A DNA stretch of 64,000 nucleotides from an uncultured Acidobacteriota bacterium (GCA_963822445.1 CAWGHO010000002.1:800001-864000), one strand, 5' to 3'; positions 28,519 to 39,320 are shown, counted from the first letter of the stretch. Numbers and translations are program-made. The notes: generated by a model from the sequence alone, not told the origin.

Positions 28519-30921
28519 TTAGAAGATCATCCGCGTGCTGATTCCGATCGTCCGCGGCTGATTCGTCAGGAAGCCCACCCGCGCGCGCGTTCCGCGCTCC
28601 TGATCGAGCGCGAGGTACGCCGTCTCGTCGGTCACGTTGTTGATGAACAGCGCCGCGTCCCAGTTGTTTCGCAGGATCCCGAAGCGGAGGTTCACCAGGT
28701 CGTACGCCGGCAATTCCGGATTGAACGTGAAGATGTTCTGCGTGAACGGACCGCCGATGTCGCCGCCGAATCCGCTGATGTCGACCGTGCCGAAGCCCGC
28801 GGCCTGATCGGCGACCTGCGTGTACCGCGCGCCGACATGCTGATACACGCCGGTGAGGTAGCCGACGAAGCCTGCCATCGGCCTGCGATACGTCGCCGCC
28901 GCGGCCATCTGGAACTCGGGAACGGTCGGCAGTCGATTGCCTTCCTGAATCCCGGCCACGACCGCGCCGGCCGCGTTGGTGATGCTCGAGCTGAGCTCGG
29001 AGTTGTTGAAGCTGCCGGAGACCGCGAAGTCGAAGTTCTCGTTCGGCGCGACCTCGAACTCGGCCTCCAGGCCGGTCGTCCGCGCGCTGGGCACGTTCAT
29101 GATGATTCGCGAAGAGCAGGTGCCCGCCGTGACCGTGGCCTGCAGGTTCTCGATGTCCATGTAGTACGCCGAGGCGTTGAACGAGCCGCGCCCGCCCATG
29201 ACCAGCGACTTGATGCCGGCCTCGTAGTTCCAGAGCGTTTCGTCATCCCACGTCGGGCGGCCGCCGTACGTGGTGAGATCGCCCGGCTGGCAGAGCGGAA
29301 GGTTCAGCGGGTCGTTGATGCCGCCGAGGCGGAAGCCTTTCGAGATCTGGCCATTCAGCCGCGTGTCCTCGTTGAGCTTGTAGCTGAGGATCACTCGCGG
29401 CGCGAATCCGTCGGCCGACGTGGAACCGACGCTGTCGATCGGGTCGGCGAAGATGCCGTCGAAGATCTGCGCGCGATCCTCTTCGAAGTCGTAGAAGCGA
29501 AGGCCGCCGGTCACGTCGAAACGGTCGGTGACGGCGAACGTCGCCTCGCCGAACAGCGCCAGCTGGCTGAATTCGTAGTGCAGATCGGATTTGTACAGCT
29601 CATCAGTCAGCGCGAGCTTGGTACCAGCGGTCGGAATGCCGCTCAGCGCGCTGAAGCCGGTCACCGGCAGGTTCTGTGAGTAATCACGCTCCGTGTCGCT
29701 GTAGAACACGCCTCCGACCCAGTTGATCCGGCCGTGGTCCCCAGACAGACGCAGCTCCTGGCTGTAACCCTTGGCCTGCGTGGCGTCGTAGAGCGGTGCG
29801 TTGAGGGTGTAGATGTTCTCGCTGAGTCCGATCGAGCCGCCGGTGATGCTGGCCGTGAGCGCGGTGGCGTCGCGGATCACGAGCACGTCGCGGTCGGTGT
29901 ACGACGTGATCGACGTGAGCGTCGCTCCGCCGAAGTCGTATTCGAGGTTCAGATCGCCGAGGAGGAAGTCGTCGGTGAAAGGCTCCTCGAACTGGATGAA
30001 GTGATTGCGATCGTTCAGCTCGACCTTCGGCCGCGTCGTGGTGAACGGATTCGCGAGGATGTTGAAGGCGTCGATGCGATTCCAGCCGTTCATCTCCACC
30101 TGCTGGTAGAGCAGACGCGGAGTGATGGTCAGGCGCTCGCTCGGCTCGAAGCGGAACGCGACGCGGGCGCCGATGCGGTCGCCGTCGTTCACGTCCTCGT
30201 CCTCGCGTCCGCCCGGTTGCACGGCGTCGATGTAGCCGCCGTAGCGCGTGTAGTACGCGACGGCGCGCATCGCCGCTTTGTCCCCGATGGGCGCGTTGAC
30301 CGCGGCCTTCACGCTCGCGCCGATGCTTCCGCCGCCGACCGAGCTGACGGTGAACTCACCGACCGACTCGGACGTGTTCAGCTTCGGCTGATTGCTGATG
30401 TAGCGCACGGTGCCCGACAGCGATCCCGAACCGAACAGCGTGCCCTGCGGTCCGCGCAGGATCTCCAGGCGATTCATGTCGAACAGATCGATGTCGGGCG
30501 TGAACAGCGACAGGGAGATGACCGACTCGTCGAGGTAGACGCCGACCTGTTCCTTCACGCCGGGCTGATCGCGCACGATCTGTCCTGCCGATACGCCGCG
30601 CATCGCGACCTGGCTCTGGCCGGGGCCGAGGTTCTGGACGGTGAAGCCGGCGACGTTGGCGGAGACGTTTTCGATGGTCTCCGCGCCCATGTCGCGCAGC
30701 TGTTGCTCGGTCGGCGCCGCGACCGACATCGGCACTTCCTGCACGGTCTCCTCGCGCTTTCGCGCGGTGACGACCATTTCTTCGGTGAGCTTGGGTGGCG
30801 TTGGCTCCTGCGTCGTCGTCTGCTGCGGCGGCGGTGGGTCTTGAGCGAGGAGCGGGAAAGAGGTGAACGCGATTACGAGGAGGACAAGAACCAGGAGAGA
30901 GCGAGACCCGGTGGAATGCAT
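28519..30921 (-). CDS. TonB-dependent receptor
   Basis: EEMVVTARKREE, EILRGPQGTLFG, NVTD, C-terminal Phe. Confidence 0.95.
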   Translation of the reverse strand: MHSTGSRSLLVLVLLVIAFTSFPLLAQDPPPPQQTTTQEPTPPKLTEEMVVTARKREETVQEVPMSVAAPTEQQLRDMGAETIENVSANVAGFTVQNLGPGQSQVAMRGVSAGQIVRDQPGVKEQVGVYLDESVISLSLFTPDIDLFDMNRLEILRGPQGTLFGSGSLSGTVRYISNQPKLNTSESVGEFTVSSVGGGSIGASVKAAVNAPIGDKAAMRAVAYYTRYGGYIDAVQPGGREDEDVNDGDRIGARVAFRFEPSERLTITPRLLYQQVEMNGWNRIDAFNILANPFTTTRPKVELNDRNHFIQFEEPFTDDFLLGDLNLEYDFGGATLTSITSYTDRDVLVIRDATALTASITGGSIGLSENIYTLNAPLYDATQAKGYSQELRLSGDHGRINWVGGVFYSDTERDYSQNLPVTGFSALSGIPTAGTKLALTDELYKSDLHYEFSQLALFGEATFAVTDRFDVTGGLRFYDFEEDRAQIFDGIFADPIDSVGSTSADGFAPRVILSYKLNEDTRLNGQISKGFRLGGINDPLNLPLCQPGDLTTYGGRPTWDDETLWNYEAGIKSLVMGGRGSFNASAYYMDIENLQATVTAGTCSSRIIMNVPSARTTGLEAEFEVAPNENFDFAVSGSFNNSELSSSITNAAGAVVAGIQEGNRLPTVPEFQMAAAATYRRPMAGFVGYLTGVYQHVGARYTQVADQAAGFGTVDISGFGGDIGGPFTQNIFTFNPELPAYDLVNLRFGILRNNWDAALFINNVTDETAYLALDQERGTRARVGFLTNQPRTIGISTRMIF

Positions 30922-30993
30922 ACGGCGCCTCCGATTTCCTATTTAAGAAAGTCCGGTATTGCGGCTGATTCTGCGCGCGTCGCGCGCGAGCGG

Positions 30994-31386
30994 TCAAGCT
31001 CGCTCGAGCGGCGTGAAAATCTCCGCCAGCAGCAGCCAATGGCCGCTTTCGGCGCGCTGCCACTTCGCGGCATACACGCCGGAAACGCTCACCGGAACGG
31101 ATCCGGCGCTGAACGTCCCGCTCCAGTCACCGGTCTCATGGGCCATCCCCAGCACGTCGTTGACGTCGATCTGCCGCGGGGTGCGCTCGAACGTCGCGGA
31201 CGGATCGTCGACGAACATCGTCTCCCAGCTGCGTCGGCTCTCTTCCCGCCCGAAGCGCTGCGAATTCAGCGCAGTAACGACGTGATACTCCTCGGCGAGA
31301 AGGGCGGCGACGGCATTCGCGTCCTTCGCGATGATGGCGCGATTCAACGCGGCGCGAGCAGCGCGAATGGCTTCATCTGCTGTCAT
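30994..31386 (-). CDS. NTF2/SnoaL-like (DUF4440) protein
   Basis: AHETGDW, GVYAAKW, W...AEIF pattern. Confidence 0.8.
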   Translation of the reverse strand: MTADEAIRAARAALNRAIIAKDANAVAALLAEEYHVVTALNSQRFGREESRRSWETMFVDDPSATFERTPRQIDVNDVLGMAHETGDWSGTFSAGSVPVSVSGVYAAKWQRAESGHWLLLAEIFTPLERA

Positions 31387-32077
31387 CGCGCAGGGTGTCC
31401 GTCCACTCCTCTTTCCTGATCCACCATACGGCGCTTTCGATTCTGCCCCAGCCGAACATGCGATCGTGCGAGCAGACGCTGATCGTGACCGGAGCGTTGG
31501 TCCAGTGCGAACAGGTCTCGATGTAGTCGTAGATGGCGGGAACGACCTGCTGCGCGGATTGGTAGTTCCTGTCGGCGGCGACGATCATCTCGTTGCGGAC
31601 GCCTTTGCGGCGCGTGACGCGCTTGACCGAAGGCTCGCCGTACTCGAGCTCGAACATCGACTGGACGTCGGCGAAGGTCGCGATGCGCGAGTCGATGACT
31701 TCGGCACGCGGAAAGCGGACAGCGACGAAGAGGCCACGATCGAAGAGGTACTCCGTGGCGATCGTCTTGTCGCCGCTCTTGAATGCCTTGCTCCTGTCGG
31801 TCGTCGAACAGACGACATGAGCGGGTGCCGGCACCGCGGGATTCGTATCGCGGACCGGATCGCCGGCTTTCGTCACCGCCTTGACGTTGCGGCATTTGAG
31901 GCGGCCGAGGATCTGTTCGGCCTCTTCTTTCGTTGCGCCGAAGTCGAGGCCGCGAAAGCCGGTCGGGACCAGCCACTCATGATCGGATCTGGTCTCGGAA
32001 AGGATCTCGTCAGCGCCGGCCGGAAGCGCCGCCAGAAACAGCGTCAGAACCGCGAAGGCGGATGAGCGCCGGAGCAT
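31373..32077 (-). CDS. Hypothetical secreted protein
   Basis: Signal peptide MLRRSSAFAVL; GFRGLDFG; 4 Cys. Confidence 0.65.
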   Translation of the reverse strand: MLRRSSAFAVLTLFLAALPAGADEILSETRSDHEWLVPTGFRGLDFGATKEEAEQILGRLKCRNVKAVTKAGDPVRDTNPAVPAPAHVVCSTTDRSKAFKSGDKTIATEYLFDRGLFVAVRFPRAEVIDSRIATFADVQSMFELEYGEPSVKRVTRRKGVRNEMIVAADRNYQSAQQVVPAIYDYIETCSHWTNAPVTISVCSHDRMFGWGRIESAVWWIRKEEWTDTLRDDSR

Positions 32078-32121
32078 GCGCCGATGATCGCACGGCACGT
32101 TCGTTGAGTACCATTCGGGCC

Positions 32122-33150
32122 ATGCAGGCCATCCGACTCGTCACGCAACAGCAACCGCTCGAACAGTTCGATCTGCCCGACCCTTCGCCCGGTCCCGGCC
32201 AGATCGTAGTCGACGTGCAACGCGCCGGCATCTGTCACACCGACGCGCATTACCGCGGCGGCACCGGCAAAACCAACCTCCCCATCACCCTCGGCCACGA
32301 AGTCGCGGGCGTGGTGTCGGCCGTCGGCGCGGACGTGAAGGACGTTCGCGAAGGACAGCGCGTCGCGCTGCACTACCTGGTGAGCTGCGGAACGTGCGAG
32401 CGCTGCCAGAAATACGGCGAGCAGTTCTGCCCGACCGGCGCGATGCTCGGCAAAGAGCATGACGGCGGTTACGCGCAGAAGATCGTCGTGCCGGCCTTCA
32501 ACGCGATTCCGATTCCGGACGAGGTCAGCTCCGACGTCGCCTCGATCATGATGTGCTCCACCGCGACGGCGTATCACGCGCTGCGCCTCGGCGATCTCAA
32601 GCCCGGTCAGAACGTCGCCGTCCTCGGATTCGGCGGCCTCGGCGTCTCCGCCGTGCAGCTGGCGCGTGCGCTCGGCGCGGCGCAGGTCTTCGCTGTCGAC
32701 GTCGTCCCCGAGAAACTGGAGCTCGCGGCGAGCTTCGGCGCAACGCCGCTCGACGCCCGCGAAACCCCCGTGCACAAAGCCATCCTCGGCGCAACCGACG
32801 GCAAAGGCGTCGACGTGGTGGTCGAGTTCACAGGCAACGCGGAAGTGGCCCGCGGCGGTCTTCGCGCGACGTCACCCGGCGGCAGGCTGATGATCGTCGC
32901 CATCAACCTGCGCAAATTCGAGTTCGATCCGTTCGCCGATCTTCTCGTCCGCGAGCGCCGCATCATCGGCTGCTCCGATCACACCCGCGCGGAACTGGTG
33001 GAACTGATGGAGCTCGCGCGTACCGGCAAGATCGATCTCTCGCGCGCGATCACGCGAACGGTGCCGCTCGAAGCCGGCGCGATCAACGGCGTGCTCGATG
33101 ATCTCGAGCGCGGCAGCGGGCATCTGCGGACGGTGATCGGGACAAGCTAG
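32122..33150 (+). CDS. Zinc-dependent alcohol dehydrogenase
   Basis: GICHTD, LGHE, CGTCERC..C, GFGGLG. Confidence 0.95.
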   Translation: MQAIRLVTQQQPLEQFDLPDPSPGPGQIVVDVQRAGICHTDAHYRGGTGKTNLPITLGHEVAGVVSAVGADVKDVREGQRVALHYLVSCGTCERCQKYGEQFCPTGAMLGKEHDGGYAQKIVVPAFNAIPIPDEVSSDVASIMMCSTATAYHALRLGDLKPGQNVAVLGFGGLGVSAVQLARALGAAQVFAVDVVPEKLELAASFGATPLDARETPVHKAILGATDGKGVDVVVEFTGNAEVARGGLRATSPGGRLMIVAINLRKFEFDPFADLLVRERRIIGCSDHTRAELVELMELARTGKIDLSRAITRTVPLEAGAINGVLDDLERGSGHLRTVIGTS

Positions 33151-33623
33151 ATCAGCGCACGCACGATCAGAAACAGGCCGGCCGCGGCGAAGAGAACCGC
33201 GCATCCGAGCTTCTTCGTCCGCTCCACGAGGTACGCGGTCGATGGGAGGTCGGGGTCGTAAGCGACCACCACCGGCGCCCCGAGTTTCTGCGGAGCATCG
33301 CCGGCATCGAATTCGTACTCGATGCCATTCGCGGCCCTGAAGCGAACGATGGGAACCGTCGCGATATCGTCGCTCGAGGTCGGCTCGTTCCGCGAGTTCC
33401 AGCCTCTCCGGCCGACGCGGGAAACGACCCCTTCCGCGCGGGACATGCTCGAGCACCAGTGACGGTGATCCGCCGAACGCCGGTATTCGACGACGACGTT
33501 GATGATGGCGGCGGCGCAAAGAACGGCGCCGAGGATTACGTCGGGGTGTTCAAAGGGAAACGCGGTCGCAGAAACAGAGAGGCACAGAGATCGCCGTGAT
33601 CTCTGTGCCTCTGTGGTGAACAA
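33147..33623 (-). CDS. DUF3592-like membrane protein (start uncertain)
   Basis: TM, AEGVV, PIVRF..G.EY, V.YDP..P, TM. Confidence 0.65.
   Translation of the reverse strand: MFTTEAQRSRRSLCLSVSATAFPFEHPDVILGAVLCAAAIINVVVEYRRSADHRHWCSSMSRAEGVVSRVGRRGWNSRNEPTSSDDIATVPIVRFRAANGIEYEFDAGDAPQKLGAPVVVAYDPDLPSTAYLVERTKKLGCAVLFAAAGLFLIVRALI
33575..33616. repeat. Short palindrome (CACAGAG-type units)
   Basis: cagagaggcacagagatc-gccgt-gatctctgtgcctctgtg. Confidence 0.65.
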
Positions 33624-33631
33624 CCGGTTCG

Positions 33632-34255
33632 TTAGAAGCGAAGCCTCAACCCTGCCGAGAGAATCCGCGGCGAGATCTCCAGATCCTGCTCGACACCGGT
33701 CACCGAGGAGCGCGAGCTGGGCTCGTACTGCAGCTGCCGCGCGTCGAGGACGATGCCGAAGCCCTCGGAGATCTGCACGCCGATGCCGGCGTTGAAGTAA
33801 TACGCGATGTCGCTCTCCACCTCGATCCGCCCGACACCCGCGGCTTCGAGATCCTCGGTCAGCAGGTCGTCGCCGAGCACGTACGCGGCACCGGCGCCGA
33901 TGTACGGATCGAAGCGCGACTTGCCGAGGACATGGAACTGCGCGCCGATGGAGATCGGCGTCATGTTCATGTTGCCGAGGTTGAACACCGCCGCGTCTTC
34001 GAAGACCAGCGAGCTCTCCGTACGCAGGCTGAACACCGCGGCCTCGACCGAGAAATGGTTGCCGAAGAAAAAGTTCGCGCTGGCGCCGTAGCCGGTGCCG
34101 TCATCGAAATCGGTATTGAAGCCGTCGCCGAAATCGTTGTCGCCTTGCATCTGCGCCCGCGAGAAAAAGACGGTGAGCTGAACGTCGCGGTCCTGAGCTG
34201 CAAGAGGCAGCGCCGCGGAAACGAGAAGCAGAGCGAGAACCACTTTCAATTTCAT
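33632..34255 (-). CDS. OmpW-family outer membrane beta-barrel
   Basis: Signal peptide, FDPYIGAG, terminal GLRLRF. Confidence 0.85.
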   Translation of the reverse strand: MKLKVVLALLLVSAALPLAAQDRDVQLTVFFSRAQMQGDNDFGDGFNTDFDDGTGYGASANFFFGNHFSVEAAVFSLRTESSLVFEDAAVFNLGNMNMTPISIGAQFHVLGKSRFDPYIGAGAAYVLGDDLLTEDLEAAGVGRIEVESDIAYYFNAGIGVQISEGFGIVLDARQLQYEPSSRSSVTGVEQDLEISPRILSAGLRLRF

Positions 34256-37047
34256 TGTGCACCCCACGGCAGAATCACTCGCGGCTTGAGGTCGAGGCGG
34301 AACGCCTCGTTCGTCAGCCACGGCTTCAGCAGATTGATGTAGAGCGGATTGCCGAGGAGTCCGCTCGCGCCGCCCGGCAGGCTGGTCACGGCGGTGATCC
34401 GCGGCTTCGTTCCTTCAGCCACTCCGCGGCGCACCGGGCCGCTGCTGAACATGAAGCCGTCCAGCGTGGCCGCGCGCGAGTTGTGGCTCGACGCGTCGAC
34501 GACCTCGAATCCGCCGTCCACAGGAATGCCGCTGAGCCCAGTGAGCGGGTGAGGGAACGCTCCGCCGGCGGGCGGCGTGTTGTAGTCGCCGCCGAGCGGA
34601 TGGCGGAAGACGATGCGATGGAGCTTGCCCCAGTGATAGGTGTTCTGATCCGTCGAGCGCGCGTACGCGGGCGCGAACGCCTCGCTCGCCAGGAGCTCGA
34701 GCGCGTCGGCCATGCTCTTCAGAATGAGAATGTCGCGGCGGGCTGCCGCGGTCTCAGCGGTGTTGGCCATCGGCGGGACGTTGAAGAAGTTCACGCCCGA
34801 GACGCCGGCGCCGTGGCGCGTGCCGTAGTTGTCGAGCAGATTCTTCAGCGCGGTCACGGTGAGTGCGCTGCTCGGCCGCGGCAGCGGACCGGTGTTCAGA
34901 ACCGCGTCGATCGTGTTCTTGATGAACTGCCCGCGCCAGACGCTGTACAGAGTCGCGGCGACGCTCGCATTCATCTCAGCGGACGTCGGCGACGCAAGAA
35001 TGCCGTTCACATCTGCGGAGTCCCACCCCTCGAAGATGCCGGTCGGCGTCGAGAAATCCCAGGTCCGCAGGCGATTGACCGCGGCGACGACTCCCGGATG
35101 CCCGGCCAGGCCGGCCAGCGCGGGGATGCTGCTCGCGCCGCCGTTGGCCTGCGCGGCGGTGATGAGCGGCACGAAATACTTCGCGTCGAGCAGCACCACG
35201 TCGGCCTGGATGCGCTGCATGTCGGCGACGGTCATCTTCCCGTTGTTGGCGAGCTTCTCTTTGATCAACTCGGTGATGCGGCCCGCGCGGAAGCCGGCGT
35301 AGCCCGGCGACAGGTAGAAGATGCCGCCACCCGGACGGAGCTGATTGAGGGGATTGTTGTCGAGGGTCGTGCCGGCCGGATCGTTGTTCGCGTTGACGAT
35401 CCATCCGTTGGTCGGGTTGATCGCGAACGGCATCTCGCTCGCGGGCAGGATCTGGTACGGCGAGGACTGGCCGGCGGGACGGGTGGTCACGCGCAGCCAG
35501 TCGTTGCCGCTCACGGAACCGTTGCGCAGAACGAAGGGCGGCGCGCCGGTGACCTTGTTGGCCTGGAGGTCTTCGCGCAGCGGCATCTCACCGCTGGTGA
35601 AGTAGGCGATGTTGCCGTCGACGTCGTTGTACATGAAGTTCTGCGAGCCGACGTCGAAGAACTGCAGGCCGTTGCGGAAGTCGTCGAGGTTCTTGGCTTC
35701 ATTCCAGAGCAGGAAAGTCTCGATCTCGCGCGTCGGTGCGTGACCGATCCACTGAACGCTGACGCCCGCGCCGGTGGCGAGATTCAGCGACACGATCGGC
35801 GCGTTGCGGCGCGAAACGATCAGCGTGGCCGCCGGAATCGAAGCGCTCGGCGCAAGCGGAGTTACGTCATTCGCCGTTCCGTTCGCGGGATTGTTCGCCA
35901 GGAAGACCTGCGGAATCGCCGCGAGCGGCTCCTTGACGCCGTTGAACATCGCCGACAGTCCCGCGGGCGCGGTCGCGTCAGGAACGACCGTCTCGGTGTA
36001 CGCGTCGGTGACGTCCATCGGATTGACGGTGCTGCCCCAGGCGATGCGATCGGTATTTCCCTGCACCACGAAGGGCACGCCGGGGAAGCCCATGCCCGCG
36101 GCGTTGATGCGCACGCCGCTGAGACCGATCGGGTAGAAGGTCGCCGGCATACGCAGCGCGAGATGAGGATCATTCGCCATCAGCGAATTGCCGGTCGCGG
36201 AATGCCTCGGCGCAATGGCCCACTCGTTCGAAGCGCCGCGCTGCTCGGGATCGAGGAAGCGGTCGAAGAAGGGGATCTCCTTCAGATCGGCGATGTACTT
36301 CCTCGCGACCTCGAGGCGCGCGGGAGAGATCGCCGCGGCGGCGTTCTCTCTCCACTCGTCGATCTCATTCACCGAGATGGTCGCGTTGCCCGCGGTCGGC
36401 GCCGCCGAATCGGGAACGGTCGACGCGGGATTGAAGGGCTGGGAGCGGAAGAGGTCTTCGAAGAAAAGCGCGGAGCCGTTGAAGCCGAGCTGCGCGCCCG
36501 CGCCCTGATAGGTCAGCAGGGCCACGGTGTAATCGACGTCGAGCTCGAAGGAGAGGCCGAAGGCCAGGAGCTTGGCCACGGCGATCGTGTCCACCGCCGT
36601 CCATGGTGCGAACTTGGTGATCTCGATCCTCGCGTACTCCGGAGGCAGCGGATGGGACGCAACCCAGGCGTTGACGCCGGCGGCGTACGCGTTGAGCAGC
36701 TCCATGACCCGCGGCGGGTACTCGAGGCTGGAGAGGACGGCGGCGCGGCCGAGGCCGAGGGTTCGCAGCTGGATGTCCTGCGGAAGGACGGATGCGCCGA
36801 CCAGCTCGGCGAACGTGCCGTTCGCCGTGCGCCGGTTCTCATCCATCTGGAAGAGGCGGTCTTCGGCATGAACCCATCCGTTGAGGAAGGCCAGGTCGAA
36901 GTCGGTGAAGGCGCGGATGTGCGGGACACCGCTGCTATCGCGCTCGATCTGTCCGGGAAGACGCATGCCGGGGTGCCTGACCCAGGACTGCGCCGCGAGG
37001 GGAAGGGCGGTGAGAACGAGGAGCACTACCAGTAAGGCTCTACGCAT
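34252..37047 (-). CDS. Penicillin acylase family Ntn hydrolase
   Basis: GVPHI, HAEDRLFQMD, ASNEW, ANDPHL, NANN. Confidence 0.95.
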   Translation of the reverse strand: MRRALLVVLLVLTALPLAAQSWVRHPGMRLPGQIERDSSGVPHIRAFTDFDLAFLNGWVHAEDRLFQMDENRRTANGTFAELVGASVLPQDIQLRTLGLGRAAVLSSLEYPPRVMELLNAYAAGVNAWVASHPLPPEYARIEITKFAPWTAVDTIAVAKLLAFGLSFELDVDYTVALLTYQGAGAQLGFNGSALFFEDLFRSQPFNPASTVPDSAAPTAGNATISVNEIDEWRENAAAAISPARLEVARKYIADLKEIPFFDRFLDPEQRGASNEWAIAPRHSATGNSLMANDPHLALRMPATFYPIGLSGVRINAAGMGFPGVPFVVQGNTDRIAWGSTVNPMDVTDAYTETVVPDATAPAGLSAMFNGVKEPLAAIPQVFLANNPANGTANDVTPLAPSASIPAATLIVSRRNAPIVSLNLATGAGVSVQWIGHAPTREIETFLLWNEAKNLDDFRNGLQFFDVGSQNFMYNDVDGNIAYFTSGEMPLREDLQANKVTGAPPFVLRNGSVSGNDWLRVTTRPAGQSSPYQILPASEMPFAINPTNGWIVNANNDPAGTTLDNNPLNQLRPGGGIFYLSPGYAGFRAGRITELIKEKLANNGKMTVADMQRIQADVVLLDAKYFVPLITAAQANGGASSIPALAGLAGHPGVVAAVNRLRTWDFSTPTGIFEGWDSADVNGILASPTSAEMNASVAATLYSVWRGQFIKNTIDAVLNTGPLPRPSSALTVTALKNLLDNYGTRHGAGVSGVNFFNVPPMANTAETAAARRDILILKSMADALELLASEAFAPAYARSTDQNTYHWGKLHRIVFRHPLGGDYNTPPAGGAFPHPLTGLSGIPVDGGFEVVDASSHNSRAATLDGFMFSSGPVRRGVAEGTKPRITAVTSLPGGASGLLGNPLYINLLKPWLTNEAFRLDLKPRVILPWGAQ

Positions 37048-37129
37048 GAAACCTCCAGCCACAGGGAATTAGACGAGAAAGATGTTTAGGGATGGCGATG
37101 GTATACCGGCTGCCGAGGTATACGAAGCC

Positions 37130-38194
37130 ATGTCGATCGCAATCCTTCTCTTCGCGGCAGTTCTTTCCGACACCAGCACCGTCAAGGCGAGCTCTTCTCC
37201 CTCGCCGGTTTACATCGAAGCGCTGAATGGCCGGCAGGTCGTGAATTGCGACCTGATCGTCGAGAACCCAACCGGCGCGCCGCTGGACATCGACGAGGTT
37301 GAGCTATCCGTCTACGACAAGCCGGGAAAGCTGATCATCCGCCGGTTCGTCGATGGCAACGGCACGCGGCCGAGCGTTCGCACGATCGATGTCGCCGAGG
37401 TTCCGGCGCAGGGCAAGGCGCTGATCTTCAATCCGTTTCACACGTTCGACGCGATGATCGACCTCTCGTCGATGGTCTTCGACATCAAGCTGAGCACGAA
37501 GGACGGGAGCACGCTGTACGGCGCGTCGGTGACCGTGAAACCGGTGAATTACGTCCCGCGCGCGACGATGATCCTTCCCCTGCCCGGCCGCCAGATCGTC
37601 TACGACGGCCACGACTTCTATGGGCACCATCGCCGCTGGGATTACATGATCCCTGGACTGCGGCAACTCGGGTTCACGACGAACTTCATGCGCTACAGCT
37701 TCGACTTCGTGACCGTGGACGCGGAGGGCAACATGTCGCGTGGTCCGGAAGAGAAGAATGAGAGCTGGTTCGGTTTCGGCCGCGAGATTCGCGCCGCGGG
37801 TGCGGGGACGGTCGTGGCCGTGCACGATGCCCAACCCGACGACCGCAAGTTCAACCCGCCGATGATCGCGCAACGCGGAACGATGGCGGTGTGGGGCAAC
37901 TACGTGGTCGTCGATCACGGATCCGGCGAGCTCGCTCTGTACGGGCACATCCGCCAGAACAGCAGCCGCGTGAAAACCGGTCAACGCGTGAAGAGCGGTG
38001 AGGTCATCGCCGCGGTGGGTGCCTCAGGCAGCTCGTTGTTCCCGCATCTGCATTTCCAGCTGCAGACCGGCCCCGATACGAGCTCGGAAGGGCTGCCCTC
38101 CACCTTTCACCGGTTCGACAGGATTCTCGGCAGCAGGAAAGTTCACGTGCGCTCGGGAGGCGTGGATACGGGCGAGATTCTGGACGGGCGCTAG
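37130..38194 (+). CDS. M23 family metallopeptidase
   Basis: GNYVVVDHG, YGH, GASGSS..PHLHF. Confidence 0.88.
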   Translation: MSIAILLFAAVLSDTSTVKASSSPSPVYIEALNGRQVVNCDLIVENPTGAPLDIDEVELSVYDKPGKLIIRRFVDGNGTRPSVRTIDVAEVPAQGKALIFNPFHTFDAMIDLSSMVFDIKLSTKDGSTLYGASVTVKPVNYVPRATMILPLPGRQIVYDGHDFYGHHRRWDYMIPGLRQLGFTTNFMRYSFDFVTVDAEGNMSRGPEEKNESWFGFGREIRAAGAGTVVAVHDAQPDDRKFNPPMIAQRGTMAVWGNYVVVDHGSGELALYGHIRQNSSRVKTGQRVKSGEVIAAVGASGSSLFPHLHFQLQTGPDTSSEGLPSTFHRFDRILGSRKVHVRSGGVDTGEILDGR

Positions 38195-39261
38195 GAACGG
38201 AATCCGTGATCGTGCGCGAACACGATCGCCTGCGCGCGGGTCCAGACGCCGAGCTTGTCGAACACATTCGAGACGTGATTGCGAACGGTCTTGCCGCTGA
38301 TGCCGAGTTGCGTGGCGATGTCGGCATTGCTCAGGCCATCGGCAAGCAGGACCAGCACTTCGCGTTCTCTGGGCGACAAAGCGAGAAATGGATCGCCGGC
38401 CACGGCTTTGTTGCGCCCGGTGAATTCGAGGACGGCGTCACAGAAGCGCTGCCAGGCGGGCTCGTCTTCGATCAGGACGTGATTGCGCGAGTCGAGCTCC
38501 ACGAATTCAGCATTCGGGATCCGCGCCGCCAGCAACTGCCCCTCGGCGAACGGCACCACACCGTCATTGCGTGAGTGCAGCACCAGCGTGGGGATGCGGA
38601 TCTGATCGAGAAGCCCGGTAATGTCGATGTCGCCACGCGTTTCCATGATCGGAGCGGCGATGGCAGCGGACGTGGTTTTCTTCGCGAGGTCGGTGAACCA
38701 ACGAAGTTGCTCATCGGTTCCGCCGGGGATGAATCGCGAGGTGAAGACCTGGCGAAACGCGGGATTGTCGCGAGCCCAGCCGACGCGGACCAGATCGATG
38801 ATCGCCCGATACTCACGCTGCGCATCGGCATCACCGCGGCGGAAGACACCGCGACCGTACGCGCCGTAGAGAATGAGCCGCGAGACGCGTTCCGGATGGC
38901 GGACCGCGTAGTTGATGCAGGTCGCGCCGCCCTGGGACATGCCGAGAAGGGTGAAGGGCTCGTCGATCTTCGCCGCTTCGATCACGTCCTCGAGGTCTTC
39001 GGTCCAACGCTCGAGCGACAGCGTGGCGACCTCGCGGTCAGTCATCCCGCAACCGCGCTCGTCGTAGCGGACGTAGCGGAAGTGTCCGGCCAGGAAGTGC
39101 ATCCAGTGGCGGAAGACCGGGCTTTCCCAGTCGAACTCGAGATGGGAGAGCCAGTTCGCGGCCTTGACCAGTACCGGTCCGCTGCCCGCTTCGGCCCACG
39201 CGATCCGGACGTCGTCCGACGTGGTGAGGTAGCGGATGACCTGACGCTGTCTTTCTGTCAT
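38191..39261 (-). CDS. Alpha/beta-hydrolase-LuxR HTH transcriptional regulator
   Basis: YDERGCG, GMSQGG, SRNH plus LSPREREVL..TVRNHVS. Confidence 0.92.
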   Translation of the reverse strand: MTERQRQVIRYLTTSDDVRIAWAEAGSGPVLVKAANWLSHLEFDWESPVFRHWMHFLAGHFRYVRYDERGCGMTDREVATLSLERWTEDLEDVIEAAKIDEPFTLLGMSQGGATCINYAVRHPERVSRLILYGAYGRGVFRRGDADAQREYRAIIDLVRVGWARDNPAFRQVFTSRFIPGGTDEQLRWFTDLAKKTTSAAIAAPIMETRGDIDITGLLDQIRIPTLVLHSRNDGVVPFAEGQLLAARIPNAEFVELDSRNHVLIEDEPAWQRFCDAVLEFTGRNKAVAGDPFLALSPREREVLVLLADGLSNADIATQLGISGKTVRNHVSNVFDKLGVWTRAQAIVFAHDHGFRS

Positions 39262-39270
39262 CGCAGGACC

Positions 39271-39284
39271 GGGACAATTGTCCC
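39271..39284. promoter_or_regulatory. Perfect 14-bp palindrome, candidate operator
   Basis: GGGACAATTGTCCC between the divergent regulator and mddA-like gene. Confidence 0.55.
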
Positions 39285-39320
39285 ATTGCCGCGCCGGATC
39301 GCGTGCCGCACTTTGAGGCC

